A DNA stretch of 64,000 bases, taken from positions 19,170 through 83,169 of the forward strand of contig JAVZKQ010000001.1 of NCBI GenBank assembly GCA_038884175.1, written 5' to 3'. This stretch comes from Thermoprotei archaeon. Its GTDB lineage: Archaea > Thermoproteota > Thermoprotei_A > Marsarchaeales > Marsarchaeaceae. Positions 10,585-19,035 of the stretch are shown one piece after another (position 1 is the first letter of the stretch; each line of letters begins with the position of its first letter). The notes beneath the pieces are model-generated. The model was not told the origin of the DNA and ran no database searches. It saw nothing but the letters and a program-made list of their open reading frames with translations. The position numbers were made by a program, and so were the translations under genes.

Positions 10585-11463
10585 ATGGGCTTCTCGTTAC
10601 AGCTGCGCTATTTGGCTTTGTTCACAGTGCTCACACTATTCCTACTCGCAGTTGGGTACATTGTAAGCTATGCGCTTGGTGTGCCACCCATGGGTATCCT
10701 CGTTACAATGTTTGGGATATCTATCGTAATGAACCTAGTGTCCTATTATTGGGGCCCGCAGATGCTTCTAAGGGTGGCCCGCGTTAGGCTTGTCCAGCCC
10801 AGCGAGTATCCAGCCATATATACCCTTCTAGAAGAAGTGTCCCAGCAGGCGGGCATACCAACCCCCAAGCTAGGTATAGTCAACCAACCCCAACCCAACG
10901 CGTTCGCTACGGGTAGGGGTAAGAATAACTCTTATGTGGTGGTCACTAGCGGTCTACTCAAGATTATGGATAGGGATGAGCTGAAAGCCGTTCTCGGCCA
11001 CGAAGTTGGGCACATCGTGCACAGGGACATGGCTTTAACCACGGCCGCATCCACGGTTGCAACGGCGATAACCTATATGGTGGACATCCTCTTCTTCTCA
11101 CTACTGTTTGGGGGTGGTAGAAGGGATGGGGCTGGTGGGCTCGGTTTGTTCACTGTACTACTTGCGCCGATAGCCGCTTCCATGGTTCAGCTAGCGATAT
11201 CGAGGAGCAGGGAGTTCTATGCTGATGAAGCGGGCGCCAAGCTCACTGGTCGACCCGACTGGCTCATATCGGCTCTTAGGAAAATAGATGAATACGTTAA
11301 GCGGGGTGCACCCCTAAATGTTTCACCAACCACTTCCTCCATGTGGATAGCCAACCCTTTCAGGGGTGGCTTAGAAGACCTTTTCTCAACGCACCCAAGC
11401 ACCGAAAAAAGGGTAAAGCGGCTGCAAGAACTAGCAAGAAAAGAGGGTCTCATAATTGCATGA
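10585..11463 (+). CDS. htpX: M48 zinc metalloprotease HtpX
   Basis: PNAFATG, HEVGH, SRSREFYAD, FSTHP; start set at ATG 10585. Confidence 0.93.
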   Translation: MGFSLQLRYLALFTVLTLFLLAVGYIVSYALGVPPMGILVTMFGISIVMNLVSYYWGPQMLLRVARVRLVQPSEYPAIYTLLEEVSQQAGIPTPKLGIVNQPQPNAFATGRGKNNSYVVVTSGLLKIMDRDELKAVLGHEVGHIVHRDMALTTAASTVATAITYMVDILFFSLLFGGGRRDGAGGLGLFTVLLAPIAASMVQLAISRSREFYADEAGAKLTGRPDWLISALRKIDEYVKRGAPLNVSPTTSSMWIANPFRGGLEDLFSTHPSTEKRVKRLQELARKEGLIIA

Positions 11464-11500
11464 TGTCATTTTGTTGTAGTGTAACCCATTGGTGGGCCAC

Positions 11501-12244
11501 TTAGACTTCTCTCCAACGCATCCTTTTTCCCGCAAGGTATATTAGTATAAGTGTGTAGACTAATATTCCCAACGTGTACAACGCTGTGTCACCCTTTGAG
11601 ATGCCTGTCGCAATCCGTATAAGTTGCGCTGAGTAGGTTGTGGGAGCCAAATACGCTATGGGTCTTAACCACCCTGGTATTATGGTGATCGGGTAGTATA
11701 CTGGTGGTAGGAATGATAGCATTACTGTGAGTATGGGTGAGTAGACCCAGAGGTCTCTTGGGTCACGTGCGAAGGTGGATATGAAGAAGCCTAACGATGA
11801 TATGGAGGCCCATGTGAGTGCTGCTGAATACACTATGAGTGCATCTCCGAACATACCCACATGGTTAAAGTGGGTGAGTAGTACTAAAAATATTATTATT
11901 CCTGGTAGCCCATTCATCAACTCTGATAGCGCTAGTCCAGCCACATAGGTTAGGGGTGTGGAGGGTGATGCTACAAACATGTCCTGTATTCTGAGAATTA
12001 GCCTGATGAATGCGGCGTCCGTCTCTATTATTATGCTGCTGCTCACAATGGTTGAGACCACTCCCCCTACAAGACCGTAGGTTGTAGCCCTAGCACCGCC
12101 GAATATAAATATGAAGAAGAGTATTGAAAATGGTGTGAGGACAAAGTTGAGCACGCTGAGAGGTGAGCGTTTCAGGTTCACTATGCCGTTAAACCACGTT
12201 ATTGCTAGCACAGTTTTTAATCCGTTTGTGAACCTGTTGCTCAA
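11501..12244 (-). CDS. ABC-2 type exporter permease
   Basis: About 6 TM, PVYYP...LAPTTY; 4-bp overlap with the ATPase gene. Confidence 0.85.
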   Translation of the reverse strand: MSNRFTNGLKTVLAITWFNGIVNLKRSPLSVLNFVLTPFSILFFIFIFGGARATTYGLVGGVVSTIVSSSIIIETDAAFIRLILRIQDMFVASPSTPLTYVAGLALSELMNGLPGIIIFLVLLTHFNHVGMFGDALIVYSAALTWASISSLGFFISTFARDPRDLWVYSPILTVMLSFLPPVYYPITIIPGWLRPIAYLAPTTYSAQLIRIATGISKGDTALYTLGILVYTLILIYLAGKRMRWREV

Positions 12245-13143
12245 TCCATTTCACCCACAAGTGAGATGAACACGTCCTCAAGTGTGGTTGGTCTCACACT
12301 CACACTCAAATTCATCTTAACCGCCAAATCGGATAGCTCCCTTGCACCCGCATCGTTCGTTAACACCCTTATGGTTGACCCACTCCTGTGGACTCTACCG
12401 TAGGATGTGAAGTCTATTGCCTCATGTGATTTACCTGTTATTGCGACACTCATTGTGGCTTCTAGGCGTGTCTTTAGCTCGCCAGGGGTTCCCTCCACAA
12501 TTTTTCTACCCAAATCAACTATTCCTACACGCTTGGATAGTGTTTCAGCCTCTTCCATATAGTGGGTGGTTAGGAAAACGGTTGTCCCATCATCCACCAT
12601 GTCACGTATATCACCCCAAATACTCATTCTGGCTATAGGGTCCAACCCTATGGTTGGCTCATCTAGGAATATGAGCTCTGGCTGTGCGGCCGCCGCCATA
12701 GCAATCATTACCCGTTGTTTTAAGCCCCCAGATAGTAGGCTGCACATTTTATCTTTATACTCTGTTAGCTCGAGTTTATCGAGTATTCTGTTTGCTTGAA
12801 TTCTCGCGTCGGACATACTCCACCCCCGAGCAATAAGATACATGTAGACGTGTTCGTAGGGTGTCTGAAGCGAAAACGGCCTTCCCTCTTGAGGTACAAT
12901 GGCCACCCTCCGCCTTATTTTGCTGGTCTCCTTTTCAAGGTCGTAGCCAAGCACCCTCACTTCCCCAGAGGTTGGTTTGAGTATTGTGGCCGCGATTTTG
13001 GTGAATGTTGTCTTGCCGGCGCCATTTCTACCCAGTAAGCTGTAAACACTCTTTTCTTCGACGCTAAGAGAAAAGTTGTCTAGGGCTTTTTTGCCGTCGG
13101 AGTAGACCTTTGAAACGTTGATCGCTTGTATCGCTTCAGCCAT
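12241..13143 (-). CDS. ABC exporter ATP-binding protein (DrrA-like)
   Basis: GRNGAGKT, LSGG, FLDEPTIGLDP, TTHYMEEAE, PTTLEDVF. Confidence 0.92.
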   Translation of the reverse strand: MAEAIQAINVSKVYSDGKKALDNFSLSVEEKSVYSLLGRNGAGKTTFTKIAATILKPTSGEVRVLGYDLEKETSKIRRRVAIVPQEGRPFSLQTPYEHVYMYLIARGWSMSDARIQANRILDKLELTEYKDKMCSLLSGGLKQRVMIAMAAAAQPELIFLDEPTIGLDPIARMSIWGDIRDMVDDGTTVFLTTHYMEEAETLSKRVGIVDLGRKIVEGTPGELKTRLEATMSVAITGKSHEAIDFTSYGRVHRSGSTIRVLTNDAGARELSDLAVKMNLSVSVRPTTLEDVFISLVGEMD

Positions 13144-13192
13144 ACAAGAAATGAAGCGTTTGGCTTATATGAGCATTTTGGAGTGTTGCAAT

Positions 13193-13221
13193 TACTACTT
13201 GCAAGTAGTATTGTTTATATA
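13193..13221 (+). promoter_or_regulatory. perfect 18-bp palindrome TACTACTTGCAAGTAGTA followed by TATA box TTTATATA
   Basis: Palindrome 13193-13210; TATA 13214-13221 ends 24 nt before the ATG at 13245; lies between divergent genes. Confidence 0.65.
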
Positions 13222-13244
13222 TGTGTTAGTAATATTCACTTATC

Positions 13245-13997
13245 ATGTTGTTAATGGTGAGTGTTCAAGACCTTGATGAAGCGACAGAGGCGGTGAAGGG
13301 CGGCGCCGACATAGTTGACGTCAAAAACCTCAAAGAGATGACTGTAGGATCCAATTTCCCACCAGTCATAAGGCGTGTGAGAGAGGCCTTCCCCAAGGAA
13401 ATCCACGTGAGTGTGACTCTGGGCGTTGTACCAAACCAGCCAGGCACGGTCGCCCTAGCGGTTTACGGCGCAGCCGCCCTAAATGCGACGTCGGTCAAGG
13501 TGGGCTTTGTCAACTCGGACTACGAGATGGCTCTAAGGATACTCAGGGAATCTAAGAGGGCGCTAGAGGGTTCTGAAACAAAGCTCGTAGCGGCGACCTT
13601 TGCCGACAGCCACCTGTATGGTGGTATAGACCCCACACTTGTGGTTAAGCTCGCAAAGGAAAGTGGAAGTGATGGTATACTCATCGATACGCTCACCAAG
13701 GATGGTCGTAACCTATTCGACTTTATGAATGAAGCAACGCTCAAAGAATTGGTTATGGAAGCCAAAGATCTTGGTATGAGTACAGCGCTCTCTGGATCGC
13801 TGCGCATCGAGAACTTGGACACTTTAGTAAGAATCAACCCAGACATAGTGGGTGTTAGGGGCGCTGTGTGCACAAACGGAGACCGTGAGGGTGGCAAGGT
13901 GGCTGCAAGCGCGGTGGCCAAGCTAAGACAGGAAATCATGCTAAGAATGGAGAGTAAAGAAAAATCTTATGCAGCCTGGCTCAAACCGAAAGCTTAA
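13245..13997 (+). CDS. mfnB: MfnB/DUF556 family 4-HFC-P ((5-formylfuran-3-yl)methyl phosphate) synthase homolog
   Basis: LLMVSV..EA...GGADIVDVKN, VKVG, IDTLTKDG, LSGSL, DIVGVRGAVC. Confidence 0.85.
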   Translation: MLLMVSVQDLDEATEAVKGGADIVDVKNLKEMTVGSNFPPVIRRVREAFPKEIHVSVTLGVVPNQPGTVALAVYGAAALNATSVKVGFVNSDYEMALRILRESKRALEGSETKLVAATFADSHLYGGIDPTLVVKLAKESGSDGILIDTLTKDGRNLFDFMNEATLKELVMEAKDLGMSTALSGSLRIENLDTLVRINPDIVGVRGAVCTNGDREGGKVAASAVAKLRQEIMLRMESKEKSYAAWLKPKA

Positions 13998-14011
13998 AGA
14001 AGGGATCAGGG

Positions 14012-14245
14012 TTGGGTGTTAACGCTTCCCTCGTAGATGGTACAAAAAAGAATTGTAAAGGCGTCGTTGCGCAGCTAGTGGACATAATGGAGCAGGCGGG
14101 TGTAGGCACAGTTGTGGACGCGATAGTCCCAGACCCGGTTAATAGAGAGGAGGTAATAGCGTGGGCCAAACGCAGGGGTTACACCATCGTGGCCGACTCT
14201 AGGCGTGGCAACATATATGTTTTGAGTGTAATGAAGACACACTAA
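14012..14245 (+). CDS. TusA/SirA-like small protein (putative sulfur carrier, non-canonical motif)
   Basis: 77 aa with TusA-like pattern VD....C...DP...EVIAWAKRRGY; CKG in place of CPxP. Confidence 0.65.
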   Translation: MGVNASLVDGTKKNCKGVVAQLVDIMEQAGVGTVVDAIVPDPVNREEVIAWAKRRGYTIVADSRRGNIYVLSVMKTH

Positions 14246-14359
14246 CATGGTTATACACAATCATCTTTTTATGAATGTTTTGAATATTGGGTAATTATGG
14301 CCCACCTGTAGCACCATCTATAGGAAGGCTTTAAGTGTGCGTTCAAACTAGCCAGATGG

Positions 14360-14737
14360 ATGATGGAAGAAGGATTCTTTACGGCGCTAAAGAATAAGCG
14401 GGACATTATACTTGTTGCCTCCGACGATATAGATGTTGGTGGGACAAAAGAGGTCAAGGTGTACATCTTTGAGATAGAGTCTGTGGCAGGCGCTGCTGGT
14501 GGGAGAGCCGGGGGATACGGTGCGAGACGGGTTAATTGTGTTAAAGGTTACCTAGTTAAGGGGAGAACAGCTGACGCATTCTTTGAAACCAGAGACAGCG
14601 ACAAGATAGCACTCTTCGAGATACCCTACCATGCAACTGCTATCGACATAAGGTTACCCGACGGCTCAAGTGTGGTTGTTAGGGGCTTGGTTGACCCAGA
14701 ACTTGTGCGCATCTACGATAATTTGACTTCAAACTAA
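14360..14737 (+). CDS. hypothetical protein with Gly-rich segment
   Basis: 125-aa ORF containing AGAAGGRAGGYGARR; TATA-like CTTTAAG about 25 nt upstream. Confidence 0.7.
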   Translation: MMEEGFFTALKNKRDIILVASDDIDVGGTKEVKVYIFEIESVAGAAGGRAGGYGARRVNCVKGYLVKGRTADAFFETRDSDKIALFEIPYHATAIDIRLPDGSSVVVRGLVDPELVRIYDNLTSN

Positions 14738-14752
14738 CGGGTGATTATACAC

Positions 14753-15697
14753 ATGGTAAGACTAACTGTAAGCGCGCCCGCTTCTTCTGCCAACGTGGGC
14801 CCCGGGTTTGACTCGTTTGGTTTGGCTCTAAACAATCCACGCGACATTGTCGAGGTTGATGCTGTGAGTGGTGATGGGAGGGTGGAGGTGGAGCTCTCTG
14901 GCCTCACAGAGTACAGTGTGCCCACACGTCCAGAGACCAATAGTGGGGGGGTTGTCGCAAAAGCCATTCTAGAAAGGTTTGGGCTTAACAACAATATTAG
15001 CATAAAGATCACGAAAAGGATAAGGCCTGGCTGTGGCTTGGGTAGTAGTGGGGCGACTGCTGCAGGCGTAGCGTTTGCATTGAACAAGCTACTAGGTTTA
15101 GGTCTTAGCGTAGAGGAGTTGATCGGTCTTGCGGCCGAGGGTGAAAGGGCGGCGGCTGCCTCGCCACACCCCGATAATGTGGCGGCCTCGCTACTCGGGG
15201 GCTTCACAATGATAGTGTCACGCAACCCAATACGTGTGTACAGGATCAGGCCACCCCCCACACTACAAGTTTGTGTTGTTTACCCACACTTTGAAGCCGA
15301 ACGCAAAACGGAGAAGATGAGGTCTGTTATCCCATCAACCGTTGGGCTACACGACGCCCTCTGGAACGTTTGGCACGCTGCCGCTGTGGCCGCAGGCTTC
15401 GCGTTGGGAGACATCGAGCTTCTCGGTTTAGGTATGGATGATGCAATAGTAGAGAGGGCTAGAAGCAAGCTAATTCCCTGCTACGAAGAGGTTAAGAAAA
15501 AAGCTCTACTTGCAGGTGCTAAAGGTGTGGCGGTGAGCGGGGCGGGTCCTGCGATGATAGCGTTTGTTAAGATGGGTGACGTTGATCCTTACGCGGTACT
15601 CAGGGATATGCTTGGAGCCTACAGTGATCAGGGCGTGGCGGCGGAGGGGTTTGTGACCGTGCCCGGAGAAGGCTGTTTAATAGAGTCGCAACAATAG
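14753..15697 (+). CDS. thrB: homoserine kinase
   Basis: PASSANVGPGFD, GCGLGSSG, HPDNVA, VSGAGP. Confidence 0.93.
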   Translation: MVRLTVSAPASSANVGPGFDSFGLALNNPRDIVEVDAVSGDGRVEVELSGLTEYSVPTRPETNSGGVVAKAILERFGLNNNISIKITKRIRPGCGLGSSGATAAGVAFALNKLLGLGLSVEELIGLAAEGERAAAASPHPDNVAASLLGGFTMIVSRNPIRVYRIRPPPTLQVCVVYPHFEAERKTEKMRSVIPSTVGLHDALWNVWHAAAVAAGFALGDIELLGLGMDDAIVERARSKLIPCYEEVKKKALLAGAKGVAVSGAGPAMIAFVKMGDVDPYAVLRDMLGAYSDQGVAAEGFVTVPGEGCLIESQQ

Positions 15698-15736
15698 CTA
15701 GCAGGAAATATATTCGGGTTAGACGTTTGAATACAT

Positions 15737-16444
15737 GTGAGTGAGAAGCAAGAAGTGTACATGATGGTTTTGGCTTACAGGATGAATGAGTCGTGGTGGT
15801 CGATCGACCCTATGGTTAGATCGAGGGTCGTCCAGAGGCTCAACACACTCTTATCTGAGTTTAAAAAAAGGACCGTGTCGGCTAAGCTCTATACTTCCCT
15901 AAGATGGGACAACGACTTTCTACTATGGTTGGCAGCCAAACAGCCAGAGGTTTTCGGCGAGATTAAGCTTGACATCAATTCGGTTCTGCTCGGTTTTGGC
16001 TCACCGTGCTACAGTATGCTCTCCCTCTACGAGGAGTCACCGTACCTTAAGCCAGGCATGAACCTCGAGGACACACTAAACGGTGAACCCTCCAAATACT
16101 TTGTTGCCTACCCAATGAGCAAGGACCCAGAGTGGTACCTTCTCGACTTCGAAGAGAGAAAGAACATACTCGGTGAACACATAGGCATAGCGAGAACCCA
16201 CCCCGAATCTAAGGGTATAAAGTCGTACACCACCTATTCCTACGGGTTGGGCGACCACGAGTTCGTTGTAATGTACGAGGTGGACTCGCTAGCAGCGTGG
16301 TCGCATGTTACGGCCAAACTCAGGGAGGCAAAAGCCAGGAAATGGATAGTAAACGAGGAGCCCATACTAGTGGGGGTGCACGCTAACGACTTTTCGTTCT
16401 TAGAGTTCAAAGACGCCGGTAGGAGTCCGGCACCTATAATGTGA
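15737..16444 (+). CDS. chlorite dismutase-fold protein, probable coproheme decarboxylase (ChdC/HemQ-like)
   Basis: YPMSK..EWYLL..EERK..LGEH; Ser rather than Arg at the apparent distal position. Confidence 0.75.
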   Translation: MSEKQEVYMMVLAYRMNESWWSIDPMVRSRVVQRLNTLLSEFKKRTVSAKLYTSLRWDNDFLLWLAAKQPEVFGEIKLDINSVLLGFGSPCYSMLSLYEESPYLKPGMNLEDTLNGEPSKYFVAYPMSKDPEWYLLDFEERKNILGEHIGIARTHPESKGIKSYTTYSYGLGDHEFVVMYEVDSLAAWSHVTAKLREAKARKWIVNEEPILVGVHANDFSFLEFKDAGRSPAPIM

Positions 16445-16459
16445 GCCTTATTTTGGGTA

Positions 16460-17683
16460 TCATAAGAGGTTGACGATCACCTTCTCACCTTTCTTTGGCG
16501 CTACATCACGGAAAACAATGTATCCATCAGCCCCTAAGAAACTTGAGTACATGCTTGAAGACCTATACACGAGCTTAGCAATCCCATCCTCTAGTCTAAC
16601 AGTCCTAAAGTAGGTGAATCCCTCTTCCACCCCGGTAATATCTGAGTCTAAGACCGCTTCAACGGTCCTGTACGTCTTGGGTCTGCCTGTGAGCCACATC
16701 ATAAGTGGGTTGAGCACCATTATGGTCACAGCCAAACTTGAGGCAGGGTGACCTGGGAGGCCGACCACAAATGTTTCACCCACTTTACCAAATAGTGTGG
16801 GCCTACCTGGGCTAAGCCTTACTCCGTGTGCCAAAACCTTACCCAGCTTTGAGACAGCCATGGAGACATAGTCCTCCGCCCCTGCAGAGGAGCCACCTAT
16901 GAACACGACTAGGTCGTATGCTGTGACCTTTCTGACCGTTGCCTCTATAAGGTCGACGTCATCCTTGAGAGGTTTAGATATTTCTACCGCTCCTCCAGCT
17001 TCCTTTAGGAGAGCCGCGACGCCGTGGCTATTGCTGTCATATATTTCACCATACCTTAGCTTTGAGCCGACGGGTTTCACCTCGTTACCGGTCGGTATTA
17101 TGAGTACGCTTGGCTTCTGGTAAACACCTATCTCTTTGAAGCCTTGGCTTGCTGCTAGCGATATGTCTGTTGGTCTTACAATCGTGCCAGCCCTAATCAG
17201 CACTTCGCCCTTCCGTATATCCGAGCCTGCCGCATTCAGGTTCGCCGACGGTTTTACCTCAGTATGCACTTTAACAATTTGGCCGACCAGCTCTGTGTTC
17301 TCGACGAGTACAACCGCGTCCGCACCCTCAGGTATTTCCCCCCCGGTAAATACCCTGACCGCCTCCCCCCTGTGCACCCTGACCTTCACGGGTACTCCAG
17401 GTTTCGATGTTCCTATCACCCGCAGTTTGGCTGGTACCTCCCTGTTAGCCCCCCTTGTGTCTTCAGCTCTCACCGCGTAGCCGTCGAATGTCGCCCTCCA
17501 GAATGGGGGCATGTCCGACAATGCTAGGACGTCTGATGCACAAACCCTCCCCACAGCTTCCATGAGGCCTACTTTCTCAACAGTCCTCTTAGGCCTAATT
17601 GCGCGGCGTAGCGCGTCCATGAATTCCTCGTAGTCTAATAGTTTCGATACGGGGTGCATTCCACCATATGTGTCAACGCTCAT
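16460..17683 (-). CDS. moeA: molybdopterin molybdenumtransferase
   Basis: PPFWRATFDGYAV, TGGEIPEGADAVV, TGNEV, IYDSN, GGSSAG..DY, PGRP, GLPGHP. Confidence 0.93.
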   Translation of the reverse strand: MSVDTYGGMHPVSKLLDYEEFMDALRRAIRPKRTVEKVGLMEAVGRVCASDVLALSDMPPFWRATFDGYAVRAEDTRGANREVPAKLRVIGTSKPGVPVKVRVHRGEAVRVFTGGEIPEGADAVVLVENTELVGQIVKVHTEVKPSANLNAAGSDIRKGEVLIRAGTIVRPTDISLAASQGFKEIGVYQKPSVLIIPTGNEVKPVGSKLRYGEIYDSNSHGVAALLKEAGGAVEISKPLKDDVDLIEATVRKVTAYDLVVFIGGSSAGAEDYVSMAVSKLGKVLAHGVRLSPGRPTLFGKVGETFVVGLPGHPASSLAVTIMVLNPLMMWLTGRPKTYRTVEAVLDSDITGVEEGFTYFRTVRLEDGIAKLVYRSSSMYSSFLGADGYIVFRDVAPKKGEKVIVNLL

Positions 17684-18147
17684 AATTCAAGATTTATGTG
17701 CACAAACGTTTAACCTTTATGTGACCGATCCGAAAAATGAGGTATAGCTCGCTCCAAATGTTTTTAATGATTTTCACCCTTAGTACTAATTTGGAAATAT
17801 GTGCCTTGAACCTAAACTAGTGGGGGTGGGGTTAAGTTCTCACGTTACATCTGTGGGTTCCGATGGGTTAGCTGCCTAATCCGTGATAGGGTTTTGCTAA
17901 GCCGAATGCGACCTTGGTTTTCGGTGTGCTGGCATGAAGCGTTATGGGTTTAAAGTAGACTGCAAACGGTGTTTTTATTGTGGCGACAAGATGTATTAGT
18001 GTCGAATTACATCCTTGCAACTTTACCCAAAAATTAAGTCGTGATGAGTCTAGAAGCAATAATATTGTTCGCACCCAACGAAGTTAACAAAGCTGGATTT
18101 GTGTTTATCAATAGAGTTTCGGCGAGTGGTGTTGCATATATTGCTGG

Positions 18148-18996
18148 CTACGATTTGTGGGGAACATGTTTTCCACGTTTCACGGCCACTACATCTGCGA
18201 GTATGCTTAGAGCGATTTCTTGGGGTGTTGTACCACCTATGTCTGCGCCTACAGGGGCGTGCACACTTGAGAGGAATTCCTCGTTGACTCCTCTTGCTCT
18301 GAGTTTCATGAAAACATCGTTTATTCTCTGCTTTGAAGCCATAAAGCCAACGAATCTGCACTTGGTCTTAGAGAGCGCTTCGAGCGCTGGGACGTCGAGT
18401 CTTCCCCTCGTAACCGCGACCACATAGTCGCCCTGTTTGAAATCGAATTGGGCTGGGTCATCCACTTGGTGAACCTCGTCTGCGCCTTTAACCATGCCGG
18501 TGGGGTCGATTGCGTGGACTTCGAAACCCAGCTGGCTTGCAAGGGCAACAACCCAATTGGCCACATCGTCTCTTCCCCCATCCGATATAACGATGAGTCT
18601 ATCCCTTTTCGTGTATGGGTCTATAAAGATCTCCATGTTGCCACCGCAGTTGGTCTCAACGTAGAGCTCATCGTCGCCAGATTTCGCTGTGGCGCACGCC
18701 TCACTTAGTGATTTGCCGGCGTCCACAAGATGTATGCGCACAAGCTTAGGCGTCTTGCGCTTGATCGCTTCGAGTGCTAGTTCCACTATGGGTCCTTCAG
18801 GGCAGCCTCCACCAAGGGTCCCAGAAACCACGTTTCCCTCCTCATCAACTAGGATTTTAAACCCTGGTTTTGCGAGGGTTGAACCCTCTGTTTTCACAAC
18901 GGTTGCAAGCGCGAACTGCTTGCTGTTAGCAGCAAGTTTGGTCACCCATTCGAAGAATTCCACATCATTCATGCCTGGGGTTCTCTGCATTTCCAC
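18148..18996 (-). CDS. XdhC/CoxI family molybdoenzyme maturation factor
   Basis: LATVVKTEGS, GTLGGGCPE, NCGG, APVGADIGGTTPQEIALSI. Confidence 0.9.
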   Translation of the reverse strand: MEMQRTPGMNDVEFFEWVTKLAANSKQFALATVVKTEGSTLAKPGFKILVDEEGNVVSGTLGGGCPEGPIVELALEAIKRKTPKLVRIHLVDAGKSLSEACATAKSGDDELYVETNCGGNMEIFIDPYTKRDRLIVISDGGRDDVANWVVALASQLGFEVHAIDPTGMVKGADEVHQVDDPAQFDFKQGDYVVAVTRGRLDVPALEALSKTKCRFVGFMASKQRINDVFMKLRARGVNEEFLSSVHAPVGADIGGTTPQEIALSILADVVAVKRGKHVPHKS

Positions 18997-19035
18997 TAAT
19001 AGCTTGGTTAAGGCAAAATATAAAGTGTTAGGAGC

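Noticed and set aside
13245-13997. mfnB as evidence of methanogenesis
   Set aside because: No mcr, mtr or fwd genes in the window; the context indicates an aerobic heterotroph.
15737-16444. Functional chlorite dismutase
   Set aside because: The catalytic distal Arg appears to be replaced by Ser, and the YPMxK motif fits ChdC better.
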